Assembly: GCA_964016885.1 (NCBI GenBank)
Contig: OZ024743.1
Coordinates: 306,218,001 to 306,282,000 of the forward strand
Source: Eledone cirrhosa
Lineage: Eukaryota
Direction: 5' to 3'
DNA: 64,000 bases
Shown here: positions 1-14,865 of the stretch, in pieces
Layout of the letters: every line of letters begins with the position of its first letter
Numbering within the stretch: position 1 is the first letter of the stretch
Position numbers and translations under genes: made by a program
The notes under the pieces: model-generated
What the model saw: only the letters and a program-made list of their open reading frames with translations
Databases searched by the model: none
What the model was told of the DNA's origin: nothing

Positions 1-1834
1 TATTCTAAAATTGTTGTTGTTTTTTATGCAGTTGTTGTTACTGCTGCTGCTGTTACTACTGCCGAATGTGTTGTAGCTCTTCATATTATCGTAAACATAA
101 CTTTTATTTTCCTCCCACCCTTCTACGAAATAACCTGCTACCCCTTTTATTGGGCTATTCCATAATATTGACAGAACGACGCCAGTTTTTATTTATATAA
201 TGTTGCAGCCTAGGGATCGCACCATCATAGCTTTTGGTCACGACAATATACACATTGATTCATTCTTCTCTCTCCCTCTCTAGTCTTTTTCCTTTTTTCT
301 TTCTTTCTTTCTTTCTATATTTCTCCCCCCCCCCTCTATATCTCTCTCTTTCTCTCTCTCTCTCTCTTTGTGATTATGGGTGCGCATGAGTGTCTGCCTA
401 TCTATGTGTGTGCCCCACCATGTAAATGTGTATCTATGTATGTGTATGTGTGTGTGTGTGTGCCAGGTCCTTCTTCCATCGCTTTTTTGTGGTTGTGTGT
501 GCGTTTACATATGCGCATAAATCTCTTTCTATGGTGTGTGTGTGTGCGTATATCACATTCTATAGACATGTGTGTGTATGGTTGAGTCGATGTGTGTATA
601 TTTGCATTGTACCGTGGCGTATATAGTGGTGCTCATGTATGTATGACTGTATGTGTATATGTGTTCCTCTGTGAGAATGTGTTTGTATGTGTGTTTGTCG
701 TTTTGTGTACGACTGTGTACATGTGAGTGTGTGTGTCAATGCAGAAAAGTGTGTATAACAAAATGTGTGTCTATATGTATCATTGTGTATATGACTGAGT
801 TTGTACGTTTGCGCGTGTTTTTATGTGCGGCTATACGTAGTCTCGTGGATGTGTGTGTGTGTGTGTGTGCATGTTAATTTGCATATGCCTTTACGTGTCT
901 GCGTTTCAGTTTGTGGCTATGTATGTATGTTTTTATGTATGTATGCATGTCTCTGTGTGTGTGGTTATGTTTATGTATATTTGTATTAGGTTACTACGTA
1001 ATGTATATGATTATGTACGTGTGTATGTTTGAGTGAGTGTATGTGTGTGTGTGCATTGAAGTATGAATGTGGTTATATGTATATTTATGTATATAGTTGT
1101 GTACATGCATATGTGTTTTGGGGAGTTTAAATGTGTATGTGCGCACGCACCTGTGTGACTATGTGTATGAAAGTAATTGTTTCGTAGGTGAGTGTGTACA
1201 ACAACACAGCACGCCATTTTTCATTCCTATATGCTTTCCTCTTCGCTGTGACCTGTCTTTTTCTCTTCACTTAATGCTATCCTCTTTCTCTCTCCTTTTC
1301 CCTCTTACTCTCATTCTCCCTCTCTGCTGGCCACCCTCTCTCGGCTAGCCTCTTGCTCACACTTTCACCCACTCACTCTCTGCTACTCACCCTCTCTCAC
1401 TTCCTCCAACGACCGGTACCGTACGAAATTCTTTTCTCGCTCACACTTCGCACGGTGCGAATTGTCTTTCGTCTTCTCGTCATTGTTCGCAAGTTATGTT
1501 CAAATGAATCACTGACTTAATTTCCTCATTTGCCTCTCTTTACGTTGCCTCACCATTCATGTTTGTTCTCCTGTCTCTCTTTCTCCACCCAATCCTTTAT
1601 ATCCCAATAACTTATTTTAGTTATTGTTCGGGCTCGCCGGAGGTATCTGGTCTTTAATGCGAAGAAATACCTATGATGGTTAGTAGATCACTGATGATGG
1701 ATAGTCCTGGCTACTATTTCTAATTCGTCGGTTATTTTGTATATATATAGTAATAATAATAAATTTGAAGACTAAATCCAAAGAGGGCTCGATAAGGATA
1801 AATATATATCAAATATATAAGAACCGTAGAGCAA

Positions 1835-2722
1835 ATATTTATTAAAATAACAGATTAAAGTTTAAGCAAAGAATCGCTGCTTTCACCCTTAACGGGATCT
1901 TCTGAAACTAACAAAGTCAATCTGTGAACGCAGAAGTGAATATTTAAAAAAACGTTGCAACCGGAGGAAGACAGGAAGACGATACTTTGGTTCGTGGAAA
2001 CGTTCCCTGGCATTGAACGGGAAAAACGAAGATAATACGTCATATGTGGAGCGTGGAGAACAATTGCACGCAAAGACAAAACCACGTAAATGGTATAACT
2101 GAAGTCGTAGACTAAAATTCTAACACATTTATATATGTGCGTTATTTGTATACCTATAGCGAGTGTTTTCGCGTAAGCTTGTGTATGTACGTATATGGAT
2201 GCGTGTATGTATTTATTTAATTTCAATTACCTCTGTATTTTATTTACTTTATTCTTAACTCTGAAGCCGAGAATCATTCGGTTTCCTAGTTAGAATTTTA
2301 GTCTACGAATTCAGTTATGCCATTTACGTGGTTTTGTCTTTGCGTGCAATTGTTCTCCACGCTCCACATATGACGTATTATCTTCGTTTTTTTCCGTTCA
2401 ATGCCAGAGAACGTCTCTATGAACCACCTAATAGAATATTAGTCTACGACTTCTTTTATACCATAAACGTGGTTCTGTCTTTGCGTGTAATTGTTTTTCA
2501 CCACTCCAAATAATGACGTATTATATTCGTTTTTTCCCATTCTTTGCCAGGGAACGTTTCCACGAACCAAAGTATCGTCTTCCTGTCTTCCTCCGGTTGC
2601 AACGTTTTTATAAATATTCACTTCTGCGTTCACAGATTGACTTTGTTAGTTTCAGAAGATCCCGTTAAGGGTGACAGCAGCGATTCTTTGCTTAAACTTT
2701 AATCTGTTATTTTAATAAATAT
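1835..2722. mobile_element. Fold-back (inverted-repeat) insert, ~290-bp arms, with a ~145-bp internal tandem duplication in the right arm; probably Penelope-type pLTR-derived
   Basis: 1835-2122 is the reverse complement of 2433-2722 and partly of 2289-2430. Ends in (TA)n. Contains a degenerate HHR-like CAGAAGA-TCCC-gttaa-GGGT-GAAA (minus 1871-1912; plus copy near 2645-2686 has GACA). Confidence 0.7.
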
Positions 2723-2961
2723 ATATATATACACAGAGATATCCACGGTAAGTTGTGGGGTCTAGTCTGCATGAAGAACTCAATGTAATCCGTATGTTGA
2801 AAATGTTGTAGGTTAAAATAAATCCCAGAAAACAATAAAATATTAAAAGGAAAACAGAGTCATGATATATGTTAAAACAATGAAATAAAAAATCAAGTCA
2901 TTAGAATTCTAATGATTTTTATTTCATTGTTTTAACATATATATATAAACATATATATATA

Positions 2962-3224
<263 letters not shown>

Positions 3225-3374
3225 GAGATAGAGAGAGAGAGATTTAAAGGAAGATGGGTGGCCCATTAAGGTGAGGGGGAAGAAAAGTTTGTAAGGATAA
3301 AATAACTTGCTGTTATGTCCACCAACGCGAATCAGGGGTTCCGATGATACCAAGGTGGCGTGTGGAGTGACCGG

Positions 3375-3528
<154 letters not shown>

Positions 3529-4639
3529 TTCGTATTATTAAAATTCGAACCGAGATGGCCAGAGAACACACTTTCGTTAAACAGCGAGGGAGACGACTGT
3601 ACACACACACACACACACACACACATTCATAGCCGGCATGGACTGGAGTTGAATTCTGTCGATCGATTGGTTATTGATTAGGCGACACCCGCTGATGAAA
3701 CCACATGCGCCGATTATGCATTGTTGAATAATATATGCAGACAGAGGGTGTAGTGCACCCTACTTCTGCATTAAGTGTGGCCGAAACTTGAGTCTGGGAA
3801 CTACTGTTTACTTGTGTTGTATTGAAGCGAATAACTATGTGTATACTCTGGGAATGTATTGTACATTACCTATTGAGTACGCTGAGATACAACTGGTCCT
3901 GGCATTGATAAATATTCTGGGTCTGTCAACTCCTTATTATATATATATATATATAAGTCAGTTTGTGTACATATGTATTCATGTGAAAGTTTTATTACTA
4001 ATTGTTGCTCTTGCTTATGCTCTATCTGTTCTGCTGCATTTACTGTTGTTTAATGTTTGTATTGCTTGTTCTATATTGTTGTTTTATGATTCTATAATTG
4101 AGTTAATTATTTATTGGTGTTATCACGGGAGAGAAAACATACTGGAAAATTAATACTTTCGAATTTGCAGACGATACTGTTTCGACATAATCGAATCTCA
4201 CCTGTACAAAGCAATTCGAAGACAAATCTCTTTCGATGTAATCTCTTTTCGTCAGTGCAGGAAATTTAAAGTTACATAAAATATACCATAAGAATTGAGA
4301 GAGAAAATAAGAAACTGACAAAGAGACAGGGATAGAAATATTTGATAAAAATATTTATTATAATATGGCACAAAAACGTATCAAAAGTTGAGGCTTGTGT
4401 ATATTTTCTATCGGACCGCAGTTTAATCCTTTGAGCAGGAGAGTTCTAATGGGAAAAAGATGAAAGGTTTTAGTTTGGTGTTGTTTCATGAGTTCGGAAG
4501 ACAAAACAGTGAATATGTTACCTCGTGGAATGGTGAGGGAAATGCGCTGAAAAAACCATTTCACATGATGGACCTCGTTCTTTTTTTGGGTGGATATGAA
4601 GTAAAGGGATGTTTCGTAAAGCCAGGATGGCGGATGTTT

Positions 4640-5405
4640 CCAGCGTTAAGGCTTGATGGTGAAGGTTATGGTGATAGGATCATGATAGTGGTGGTGGGGG
4701 CAATGGTGGGGATGATGATGATACTGATGGTAGTGGTGATGGAAGAGTGATAATGATAAAGATGGTGTTAGTGACGGTAGTAATGATGGTGGTGGTGATG
4801 TTGTTGGTGTTGGTGACAGTGATGGTGGTGGTGGTGATTGTGGTGGAAATGGTGCTTGTCATAATGGTAGTAACCGTGATAGTGACGGTGATAGTGGTGA
4901 TGGTAGTAATGGTGGTTGTAATAGTAATAGTGACGGTAGTCGAGTTGGGGTAGTAATAGGGATAGTAATGATGATGGTAGTTGTGATGGTGGTAATGGTA
5001 GTAGAGATGGTGGTAGTAATAGGGGTAGTAATGATAATGGTAGTGATGATGGTGGTGGTGATGGTGGTGGTGATGGTGGTAGTAATGGTGGTAGTGGTGG
5101 TAGTAGTAATAGTGGTAGAGACGGTGGTAGAGATGGAGGGTAGTGATAGAGGTAGTAATGATGGTGGTAGTGATGATGGTAGTGATGGTGTTACTGGTGG
5201 CGGTGGTGGTGGTAATGGTTGTGGTGGTGGTGACGGTGGTAGAGATGGTGGTAGTAATGATGATGGTAGTGGTACTGGTGGTGGTGATGGTGGTAGAGAT
5301 GGTGGTAGTAACGGTGGTAGAGATGGTGGTAGTGATGGTGGTTGTGGTGGTGGTACTGGTGGCGGTAGTGGTGGTAGTGGTTGTGGTGGTGGCAGTGATA
5401 ATAGT
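4640..5405. repeat. Degenerate (GGT/GAT/AGT)n trinucleotide low-complexity tract
   Basis: Direct reading; gives poly-V/G/T/P ORFs in several frames. Confidence 0.9.
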
Positions 5406-5780
5406 TGTGAGTGGCCGCTGGGAAATATTGAACGATTTAAGAGATTTATGGCGGTGAAAGACTTGAGGGAAAAATATCTTGAATGGAATCTTTCATTCTT
5501 CAGAAAGACGAAGAAGGAATTGGGAAGGAAAAGATTCACACACGCTCCACACACATACACACACACACTACACATACACACATAAACACACACATGCACA
5601 CACACACGCACACTATACATACACATCTGCACACAGGTGCATACACATATACACACAAACAAACATGCACAAACGCACAGGATCACACACAAACAAATAC
5701 ATAGGTGTACATACATTTATATATTATATATACATACGTAATTAACAAAAGTTGTATTTTTCTGTTTGTATAAATTAGGG

Positions 5781-5815
<35 letters not shown>

Positions 5816-5882
5816 GTATGCATCTGTGAATACATCTCTCTCTCTCTCTATCTCTCTCTCTTTCTCTCTTTCTCTCCCTTTT

Positions 5883-5940
<58 letters not shown>

Positions 5941-6020
5941 TATATATATATATATATTATATGTATATATATGATATATATATATTATATATATACACCC
6001 TAAACATATGTATGGATGTT

Positions 6021-6072
<52 letters not shown>

Positions 6073-6298
6073 GTGTGTATGTGTGTGGTGTGTGTGTATA
6101 TATACATGTGTGACAGAGTGTATGTGTGTGTGTGTGTATATATACATGTGTGACAGTGTGTATGCGCAGTTGTGTGTAGTTACTTTACACAGCTTCTGTT
6201 ATGATTCAAGAAAATATCAAATATGATGATTTAAGACAGACGAAGTAATCAAAGGCGCTGAGAGGTTTTTCAAAGAATTAGAAATTAACGCACACCTT

Positions 6299-6333
<35 letters not shown>

Positions 6334-6522
6334 TTACACATAGTACACACACATTTATTACACATATTACACACACACACATATTACACACACATTACAC
6401 ACCTTACAAATATATACACATCACACTATTGCTGCTACTCCTACTATACTACCACCACCACCACCACTAATACTACTACCACAACTACCACTACTGTTGC
6501 TACTACCACCACTACAACAACA

Positions 6523-6596
<74 letters not shown>

Positions 6597-6929
6597 AGAT
6601 CATCACATATACAACCACACACGTGCAAACTCACAACGTATCACAAACAACACACACACATATACAAACAAAAACGTACATTACACACAGAAACACACAC
6701 ACACACATTCACACACGCACAATACTCATACACACATACACAGAGAGAAACAATTACACACACGATACATCGTACACATACTTTACACATACATTCACAG
6801 ACACACACACATTACATACGAATACAACCACACATATACACATTACACAAAACACACCACACACATACACATGTAAACATGAAGAATCTACAGTAATAAA
6901 AGATATTTATTATGAAGTATAGCAGTTAG

Positions 6930-7150
6930 GACGGTGGATTAGCAGTAATCGACAGAGCGTCGGACAACCTGGTTTGTGACATATAGTTACGTCCCTTTAC
7001 ATTTTGAGTTCAAATCCTCGGGAGGTTAGCTTTACCTTTCATCTTTTCGGAGTCGATAAAATAAAGTACCAGTAATGCACTGGGGCCGATTTAATCGACT
7101 TTTCTCTCCCCCAAAGTTGCTGTCCTTGTGCCTAAATCAGAAACCATTAT
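6930..7150 (+). mobile_element. tRNA-type SINE, abundant family (TGAGTTCAAAT...CCTTTCATCCTT..GGGGTCGATAAAATAAAGTACCAGT...CCTTGTGCC..AGAAAC)
   Basis: B-box-like GAGTTCAAATCC plus a central domain shared with more than 15 copies in the window. Confidence 0.8.
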
Positions 7151-7263
7151 GAAGTATAGCAGCCATACTTTAAACGAAAAGAATGATCCGGTTTTCAGAT
7201 CGGAAGAAAGACGCAATGATTCCATGACTTTTTCCATTGCTAATATCCTACTAATGTATTAAT

Positions 7264-7372
7264 TGTTTCTACTTTGGGCACAAGGCCAGCAATTAACCAG
7301 TGCATTACTGGTACTTTATCTTATCGACCCCGTAAGGATGAAAGGCAAAGTTAACCTCGGCGGGATTTGAAC
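7264..7372 (-). mobile_element. 5'-truncated SINE copy with target-site duplication
   Basis: Same family; flanked by ACTAATGTATTAAT at 7250-7263 and 7371-7384. Confidence 0.85.
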
Positions 7373-8672
7373 TAATGTATTAATGAAGGAATAATGGTCG
7401 GATATTGCTGCCAGGAAGAATTTGAACTCAAAACACATAATGTCGAATCATATATTGCCACGCATCCTGTTCAACTCTAACAATTCTATCAATCCCACAT
7501 CACTGAGTTGGCACTTTATTTATCGACATCAAAATGGTGAAAAATAAAGATGATCTTGGTGGGATATGAACTCAGTGCACATGAATAAATGCAGATGAAA
7601 TTAACCCAACACTCTGCCAATTCCTGTCTAAACTAACAGTAATCGTATTCTAACTGGGAATTGAAACTGGGACTCAGAGAGAATATCTTGAGGAATTCTT
7701 GTCACATTACATTACGGCATTAGTGATGATCAAAATATGATGCTGATGATGATAGTCATCATCATCATCTTATTATTATTATTATTATTATTCCTCTTCC
7801 TCTTCGTCTTCTTCTTCTTCGATCCCCTTATTCTCCCCTTATTTTCCTCTCCCTCCATTTTCCAATGTGATAATTGAAATTAAATTTAGCGTCTTGCTGC
7901 AACGAAAAGAATTTCACTGGGACACCTAGGGAGAAGAAGTGAGAAGGTGAAAGGGGAAAAATGACTGAGAAAAATACAGAAAAAGTAGAAGACAGAGAAG
8001 GAATGATGAAGTGTGTGTGTAGAGAGAGAGAAAGAGAGAAGGAGAGAGAAAGATAGAGAGAGAGACTGAGATAGAAAGTGAGAGAGAAAGAGAGAGAAAA
8101 ACTGAGTATGTACCAGAAGCTTGTGTTACACACAAACATACACACAAAACTCTATAGTTTGCTTCAAAGCTACCATTTTCTAAAATCATTTTTATATTTT
8201 ACAATTTTATGTAGTAGGGTCCGGCAGTTGTTTTACTAATAGAATATACTGTTTCATTGAAATAAAGCCAATATATTCAGTAATTGATAAGTAACGAAAA
8301 TTGCAAATAAAATAATTTTTTAAAATTAAAACCTCGGACAAAATGCTTTGCAGCATTAGTTCCAAATGTTACGTTCTGAGTTCAAATTACACAATGGGGA
8401 GGTTTACAATTCATTCTTTAATGTACAAGGATCGGTATAATAGAGTGACTGCTATGTACAAGGGTCACGAAAATGAAGTGCTTGTACAAGGAATAATAAA
8501 ATAGCCTGTCTTTCTCCTCGCAAAAACTGCCGGTGTTGTACTATATATATATAGTATAAATATATAAATGAAAATAGAAAAATTAATGTAAGCAAGGAGC
8601 CAACAGTAATTCAGACATATAAGTGACTATTACATCAAGATAAGCAGTTCCACAACAGTTAATACACCATTT

Positions 8673-8714
8673 CCGAGAACAATTTGTTTCACCTCAAACG
8701 GATCATCAGCACGG
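8673..8714 (-). ncRNA. Type I hammerhead ribozyme motif at the centre of a fold-back insert (8643-8771)
   Basis: Minus: CCGTG-CTGATGA-TCCgtttgaGGT-GAAA-CAAaTTG-TT-CTCGG; stem I has one mismatch. Confidence 0.7.
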
Positions 8715-8874
8715 TTTTGAGGTGAAATAAATTGTTCTCAGAAATGGTGTATTAACTGTGGTGGAACTACTTCCACCAAACTCGTCCCATGGACTGAGTG
8801 CTCTACTACTGCGGATATAACCTACCAGAGTTCTACCACTATATATATATATAATTATATAATAAACAACACAA

Positions 8875-8950
8875 TATAATTATACCTAAGGTTTCGCGAA
8901 GTTAGACGATTCTAACAGAAGCGTCTGATTTCGGTCATCAGATGAAATAT
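8875..8950 (-). ncRNA. Hammerhead-like motif with long stem II
   Basis: Minus: CTGATGA-cCGAAatcAGACG..CGTCTaacTTCGc-GAAA-CCTTAGG-TA; stem I weak. Confidence 0.5.
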
Positions 8951-9003
8951 CTTTATTATGGATATAAGATATGAAATAAAAAATAAAAAAAAATTTAAAA
9001 AAA

Positions 9004-9129
<126 letters not shown>

Positions 9130-10063
9130 ATTTTTTAATTTTTTTAATTTCATATCTTATATCCATAATTTTATTACTAATTATATCTAAATGTTTCTTC
9201 TCTCTTCGTAATGTATTTTTAACTCTGATACTGGTTCAGTCTGGTTCAACCGGATTGGTCTGTCCCAGTCATTCATTGAGCAACATCGGTGAGGTTGGCA
9301 CCCTTAACTCACGGTTGGGTGTGGATGCATTCATGTATATTCATGTATATGTGTGTGTCCGCATGTATCTGTGTGTTTCTAAATATATATATATATATAG
9401 AAGTGGTTACATAACAGTTAGTACACAGTTATATACATTTAAAATTTAAAATGACATTCTTTGAGATAACGTCGAACATGCGCCTTATCCCCTAAGAATA
9501 AGCTCAAAGAATAAATCTGAGCATTTAATCATTACAAAATAGTGAATGGCATGTATATATATATACATATATACCTAATGATATGCATGTACAATAGAAC
9601 ATATCAACTTTAACTGGAGATTTAAAATTACCTGATGAAAAATATATATATTTCTCCTTTATACGTATCCTTCAGGAATCATGAATACGTTTTACCAAAA
9701 ATATCAGTGCAGTTATATCATCGATCTGCATCGTCAGTATAGGAGAATCAATCCATCTAAATTTACACACGAAAATACAGAACTGAGAACAGCGAAAGAA
9801 GCATATGGTGCTATCAAAGAATCACGTTATAATGTCAATGTCCCAGTGACCTGAAAGTGTTTAAAGACAACTAGAAATAGTGGCCTACTCTCTCAATATA
9901 GTGAAAGCTCAACCAAGTAGGAGCATAAATATATTACATTTAAAATTAAAAATGTCATATGTTTTTACATTCAATGCAGATTATCTCCAGTTGAAGTTGA
10001 TATGTTGTATTGTACGTGTATATCAATAGATATATATGTAAGTATATATGTTAGTCACTATTT

Positions 10064-10146
<83 letters not shown>

Positions 10147-10389
10147 GTGTGTGTGTGTATATAGAGAGAGAGAGAAAGCGAGAGAGACACACTCACACAC
10201 ACATATATAAATGGAGAGAGAGAGGGGGAACAGAGATAGCTAGCGTAAATGAGTAGATTTATAGATATCAAAGACGAAATTTAGTTGATTCTGTCAAACA
10301 AATGATATGTGGAAGAGTGATGACTCTTTAAATAATATGAACAGCAGCAGGGAGAGAACATACAAATACACACAGCCATATCATTTTTT

Positions 10390-10454
<65 letters not shown>

Positions 10455-10908
10455 GTAATTTTGTGTATACAGTATATATATATATATATAGATATATTCT
10501 AACGACGTCCAAAGAGAAATCCAGAAACCTATTTTTTTTTTTCAAAGAGATAACGATTAACATTATATATCCATAATATAAAATAATTCAATAATGTATG
10601 ATATAATATAATAAAACATTATACAAAATAAAATATAACATATGTGATTATCATTTTAATACTGAAAAATAACAACCATAAAACCATCATTATTCTTTTA
10701 CTGGTTTCATCATTAGGCTGCGGTCATACTGGGGCACAGCCTTGATTTAGTTGGTCATATCGACCCTTCTATCTCAGGACTTATTTTATCGATCGCATTT
10801 CTGTGGACCTCTAAGTTAGGAGACATAAAAGCAGGCGCCGACATAAATGCACGCATAGACACGAACATACACGTAAACATACATGTAAACATACATGCAC
10901 ACACACAT

Positions 10909-11041
<133 letters not shown>

Positions 11042-11371
11042 TCTGAACAATCATAGAACCGCATGATCGTTATATTATATATCTTTATACATATATATAT
11101 ATGTGTGTCTGTTTGTGTGTGTGTGTGCGTGTGTGTGTGTGTGCGTGTGTGTGTTCGGCCTTTTCCATCTACCAAACTCTACACACAAGGCAATAGTCAA
11201 CCTGAGAACCAAGGTTCTGTGCACTGGGAATGAACCTGGAATGAAATTCTTGTAAAGCGAATCTACAGTCATTCCTGTGCCTTTATGCGATGATTTCTTG
11301 AAAGAAAAAAAGAGAAAACATAAAAAAAAACGACTACAGTAAAAAGAACAACGTTAAAAGGACAAAATAAT

Positions 11372-11756
11372 TGTTTCTACTTTTTGCACAAGACCAAGAA
11401 TCATGCCAGTGTATTACTGGTACTTTATTTTATCGACCCCGTAAGAATGAAAGGCAAAGTTAACATCGGCAGGATTTGAACTCAGACCATAAAGGGGCGT
11501 AACTCTTTGCTGCAAAGTATGGCGTCCGACCCTCTTCCTCCGATACTACCAATCTACCGCCACACAAAATAATTGTTTCTACTTTAGGCACAAGGCCAGC
11601 AATTATCCAGTACATTACTGGTACTTTATTTTATCGACCCCGTAAGGATGAAAGGCAAAGTCAACCTCGGCGGGATTTGAACTCAGATCGTAAAGGGACG
11701 TAACTATGCTGGAAAGCATGGCTTCCGACCCTCTACCGATACTGCCAATCCACCAC
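11372..11756 (-). mobile_element. Two tandem SINE copies sharing a triplicated ACAAAATAAT target sequence
   Basis: Copies at 11372-11563 and 11574-11756; ACAAAATAAT at 11362, 11564 and 11757. Confidence 0.85.
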
Positions 11757-12122
11757 ACAAAATAATGACAGATTTAAAGAACTGGCCAAGGTCTGAGTTT
11801 GAAACCTTGCTGATAGTGATTTCGGAAAGTACAAAAAGATTTTTGTTTTAAACTCCATATCATACATAAAAAGAGTTGACTTGAAACGAAGTATTGTTGG
11901 CCGAACTATGTCAGTATTTATTGCTTAAACAAACTGAATATTTGCCAAATGACTTTGGTTCGAGATTATAGATGAAAGCATACTGTAGTATGGGAGAGCC
12001 AGAATTGATTTTATTCATATGAAAGAAGAAAAAAACTTCAAAATGTACACATACACACACATGCGCATACACATGCGCCTACATACATACACACACACAC
12101 ACGCGCGCGCACAGACACACAC

Positions 12123-12211
<89 letters not shown>

Positions 12212-12988
12212 AATCGTTGCAGCTCTGCCTGTAAATATCCAGTGTCAGTTACATTCATTTAAATTTTCCAATAATGTAAGGCTCTTGCTATAATATAGCT
12301 TCTCTTACTTGTATAGTCTGTACCTAGCTTTAAAACATTTGTCCGTACATAATCTTTTATTTTTATTTTATAAAATAATCAACAATGTATTCGATATTAT
12401 AAAATTTAACAAGAACAACTACAAAATCAAAGATACTCAAATAGCTTCACTACGTAATGATATATCGATATAGTTACTACCGACTGAACAAAGTGATGAG
12501 GAAAATGGAATAAATAAATTTTAAAAAAAAGCAAATATGTGGCAGACTTATTAAAGTGCTTGTTTTGGCATTATGGTTGTTGCGCAGATTAAACACGACC
12601 AAGTAGTTAAGAAGTTCACTTCGCAATCATGCGGTCTCTGATGCGATACCTCCTCTTGACATCTTGGGTGAACGTCAACTTCTATTATAGCCTTGGGTTG
12701 AACTTAACCTTGTTAGAGAAAGTAAGTATATGATCGCAGACATGGCTGTGTGGTTAAATAGTTCTCTTCATATCACGTGGTTTGGGTTTGGTCTCACTAT
12801 ACGCTACCTTGTGCAAGTGTCGTCTACTATAAATTCGAGTTGATTATATATATATATATATATATAATGCAATGAAATATCTATGATCGTCGGCAAATCA
12901 CTGATGAGGGACTCATTTTATTACATGTTATCCATGTGCTACCTGCAGTATTTTTCTCTATATTTTATTATATATATATATATATATA

Positions 12989-13067
<79 letters not shown>

Positions 13068-13127
13068 AAAGATGAAATAGAAAGATAGAAATTGAATAGA
13101 AATTGAGAATATTTACACACACACTGG

Positions 13128-13620
13128 CACCAAGGGGTGAGCTTCGTTATATGAGCGACATACGACCTGGTTCCATCGAAGACCAATTTTATGAAATGGG
13201 ACAGAGAGGAGGGTTGATCTCTGTGCAAGGATAAACCCCAAACGATGAAACACGTTCTAAGTTCATGTAAAATTTCTCTTGCGAATGACAGATACATGTG
13301 GAGCAGCAACAGAACACTAGAAGAGTTGACTTAGTCAATCTAAGAGCAGATGTCACCTGAAACCATTGCTTCATCCCTAACATTTATAACAGAAGTGAAT
13401 GGGAAGAAATGGAGTGGATTAAAAAAATACCATGACATGAAACTCTGCCCGGACAGAATCTGCTTGGGATAGAAGGGGATTGGGAAATATCTGCAGATCT
13501 GCCAGTCTGGCGTATGAATTATCCCGAATTCATCAGCAAAAAAGGACAAAGACAAGATATTTTCTTATAGTCAGAAGCAGGCGTCAGTCATCCTGGTTGA
13601 GCTGACTGTCCCATAAGAGA
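13128..13620 (+). pseudogene. Degenerate RLE-type non-LTR retrotransposon fragment (HERO/R2-like C-terminus)
   Basis: Manual translation VSFVI*ATYDLVPSKTNFMKW..SLCKDKPQTMKHVLSSCKISLANDRYMWSSNRTLEE and later QDIFL*S..VILVELTVP*E resembles the ATYD-LP / CxxC-H-C / RYxWRH / PD..ELTVPWE motifs; stop codons present. Confidence 0.75.
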
Positions 13621-13637
13621 GACATGTAGATAAAGAT

Positions 13638-14050
13638 GTCTTCTTCTTCTTCTTCTTCTTCTTCTTCTTCTTCTTCTTCTTCTTCTTCTTCTTCTTCTTC
13701 TTCTTCTTCTTCTTCTTCTTCTTCTTCTTCTTCTTCTTCTTCTTCTTCTTCTTCTTCTTCTTCTTCTTCTTCTTCTTCTTCTTCTACCACTTATACCTGG
13801 GAGGGTCGTGAGGGCAAACTCCTCGAACACTGCTTCCAGTGGGTCCTGTCAAAAGAACTGTCTCCAAATAAGCCGGGTGCATCCCCAGGTGAGACCAGCC
13901 ACACTCATGGATATTATCCAGTTATCTTGGTCGATGTCTACCTCTGGATCTTCTACTGGCAAAACCTTGCCAGTCAAATCTGTCCAACGATTCTTTCAAT
14001 TTTAACCACATCTCCGTAATATCGAAACTGTGATCTCTCAATTTGCTCCA
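13638..14050 (-). mobile_element. RTE-clade LINE 3' fragment with long (GAA)n tail
   Basis: Minus translation QIERSQFRYYGDVV..RSRGRHRPR*LDNI..WSHLGM..DRTHW..LPSRP is typical of an RTE C-terminus; followed directly by (GAA)n (plus-strand TTC 13638-13785). Confidence 0.75.
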
Positions 14051-14341
14051 GTTAGGGCTGCTACTTCTCCGAATTGAGAGATCACAGAATTGAGACTTGA
14101 GAAATGTGAATATATCTACATATATAAAACATATATGAGCATATATCTATGTCCGTTTACATACAGTTTAGCATGTGTTAAATCCATAAATATTAATGTG
14201 TGTTTAAAGTGCATATTGCATATAAATTAGTGTGTTAATGTCGCCAGTTTTGTATCTCTCCCCATTTCTCTTTCTCCTTCTCTTCTATCTTTCTTCATAA
14301 CTCTCTATTTTCCCGCTCATACATATATTCACGTGTAGGTT

Positions 14342-14392
<51 letters not shown>

Positions 14393-14520
14393 ATATATAT
14401 ATACATATATACATATATATATGAATGTAAATAGGTGTGTATGTATGTATGCATGAATGTATATATATATATATATATGAATGTATATAGGTGTGTATGT
14501 ATGTATGTGTGTATGCATGA

Positions 14521-14574
<54 letters not shown>

Positions 14575-14865
14575 AGAGAGAGAGAGAGAGACTGAGAGAG
14601 AGAGAGACTGAGAGAGAGAGGGTCGGGATTCAGAGATCTCAATCGGTATAGATATTGGGGATTAAAGAAAGGGACAAATTTAAAGACAACAGAAGATATA
14701 TCAACATATTCGTAAATATGTACAGGGATGTATCTCTCTCTCTATATATATATCAATGTTTGTGTGTATATTGGATTCTGTGTATATTGGTTTGTGTGTA
14801 CATTGGTTTGTGTATTTAAATCTTCCATTGTGTGCATTCATATATGCGTCCATATTTATATACGA

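Noticed and set aside
1972-2009. HHR-like CAGG-AAGACGA-TAC..GTG-GAAACGT-TC-CCTG
   Set aside because: Two core mismatches, weak stem II, and polarity opposite to the other fold-back motifs; may be chance.
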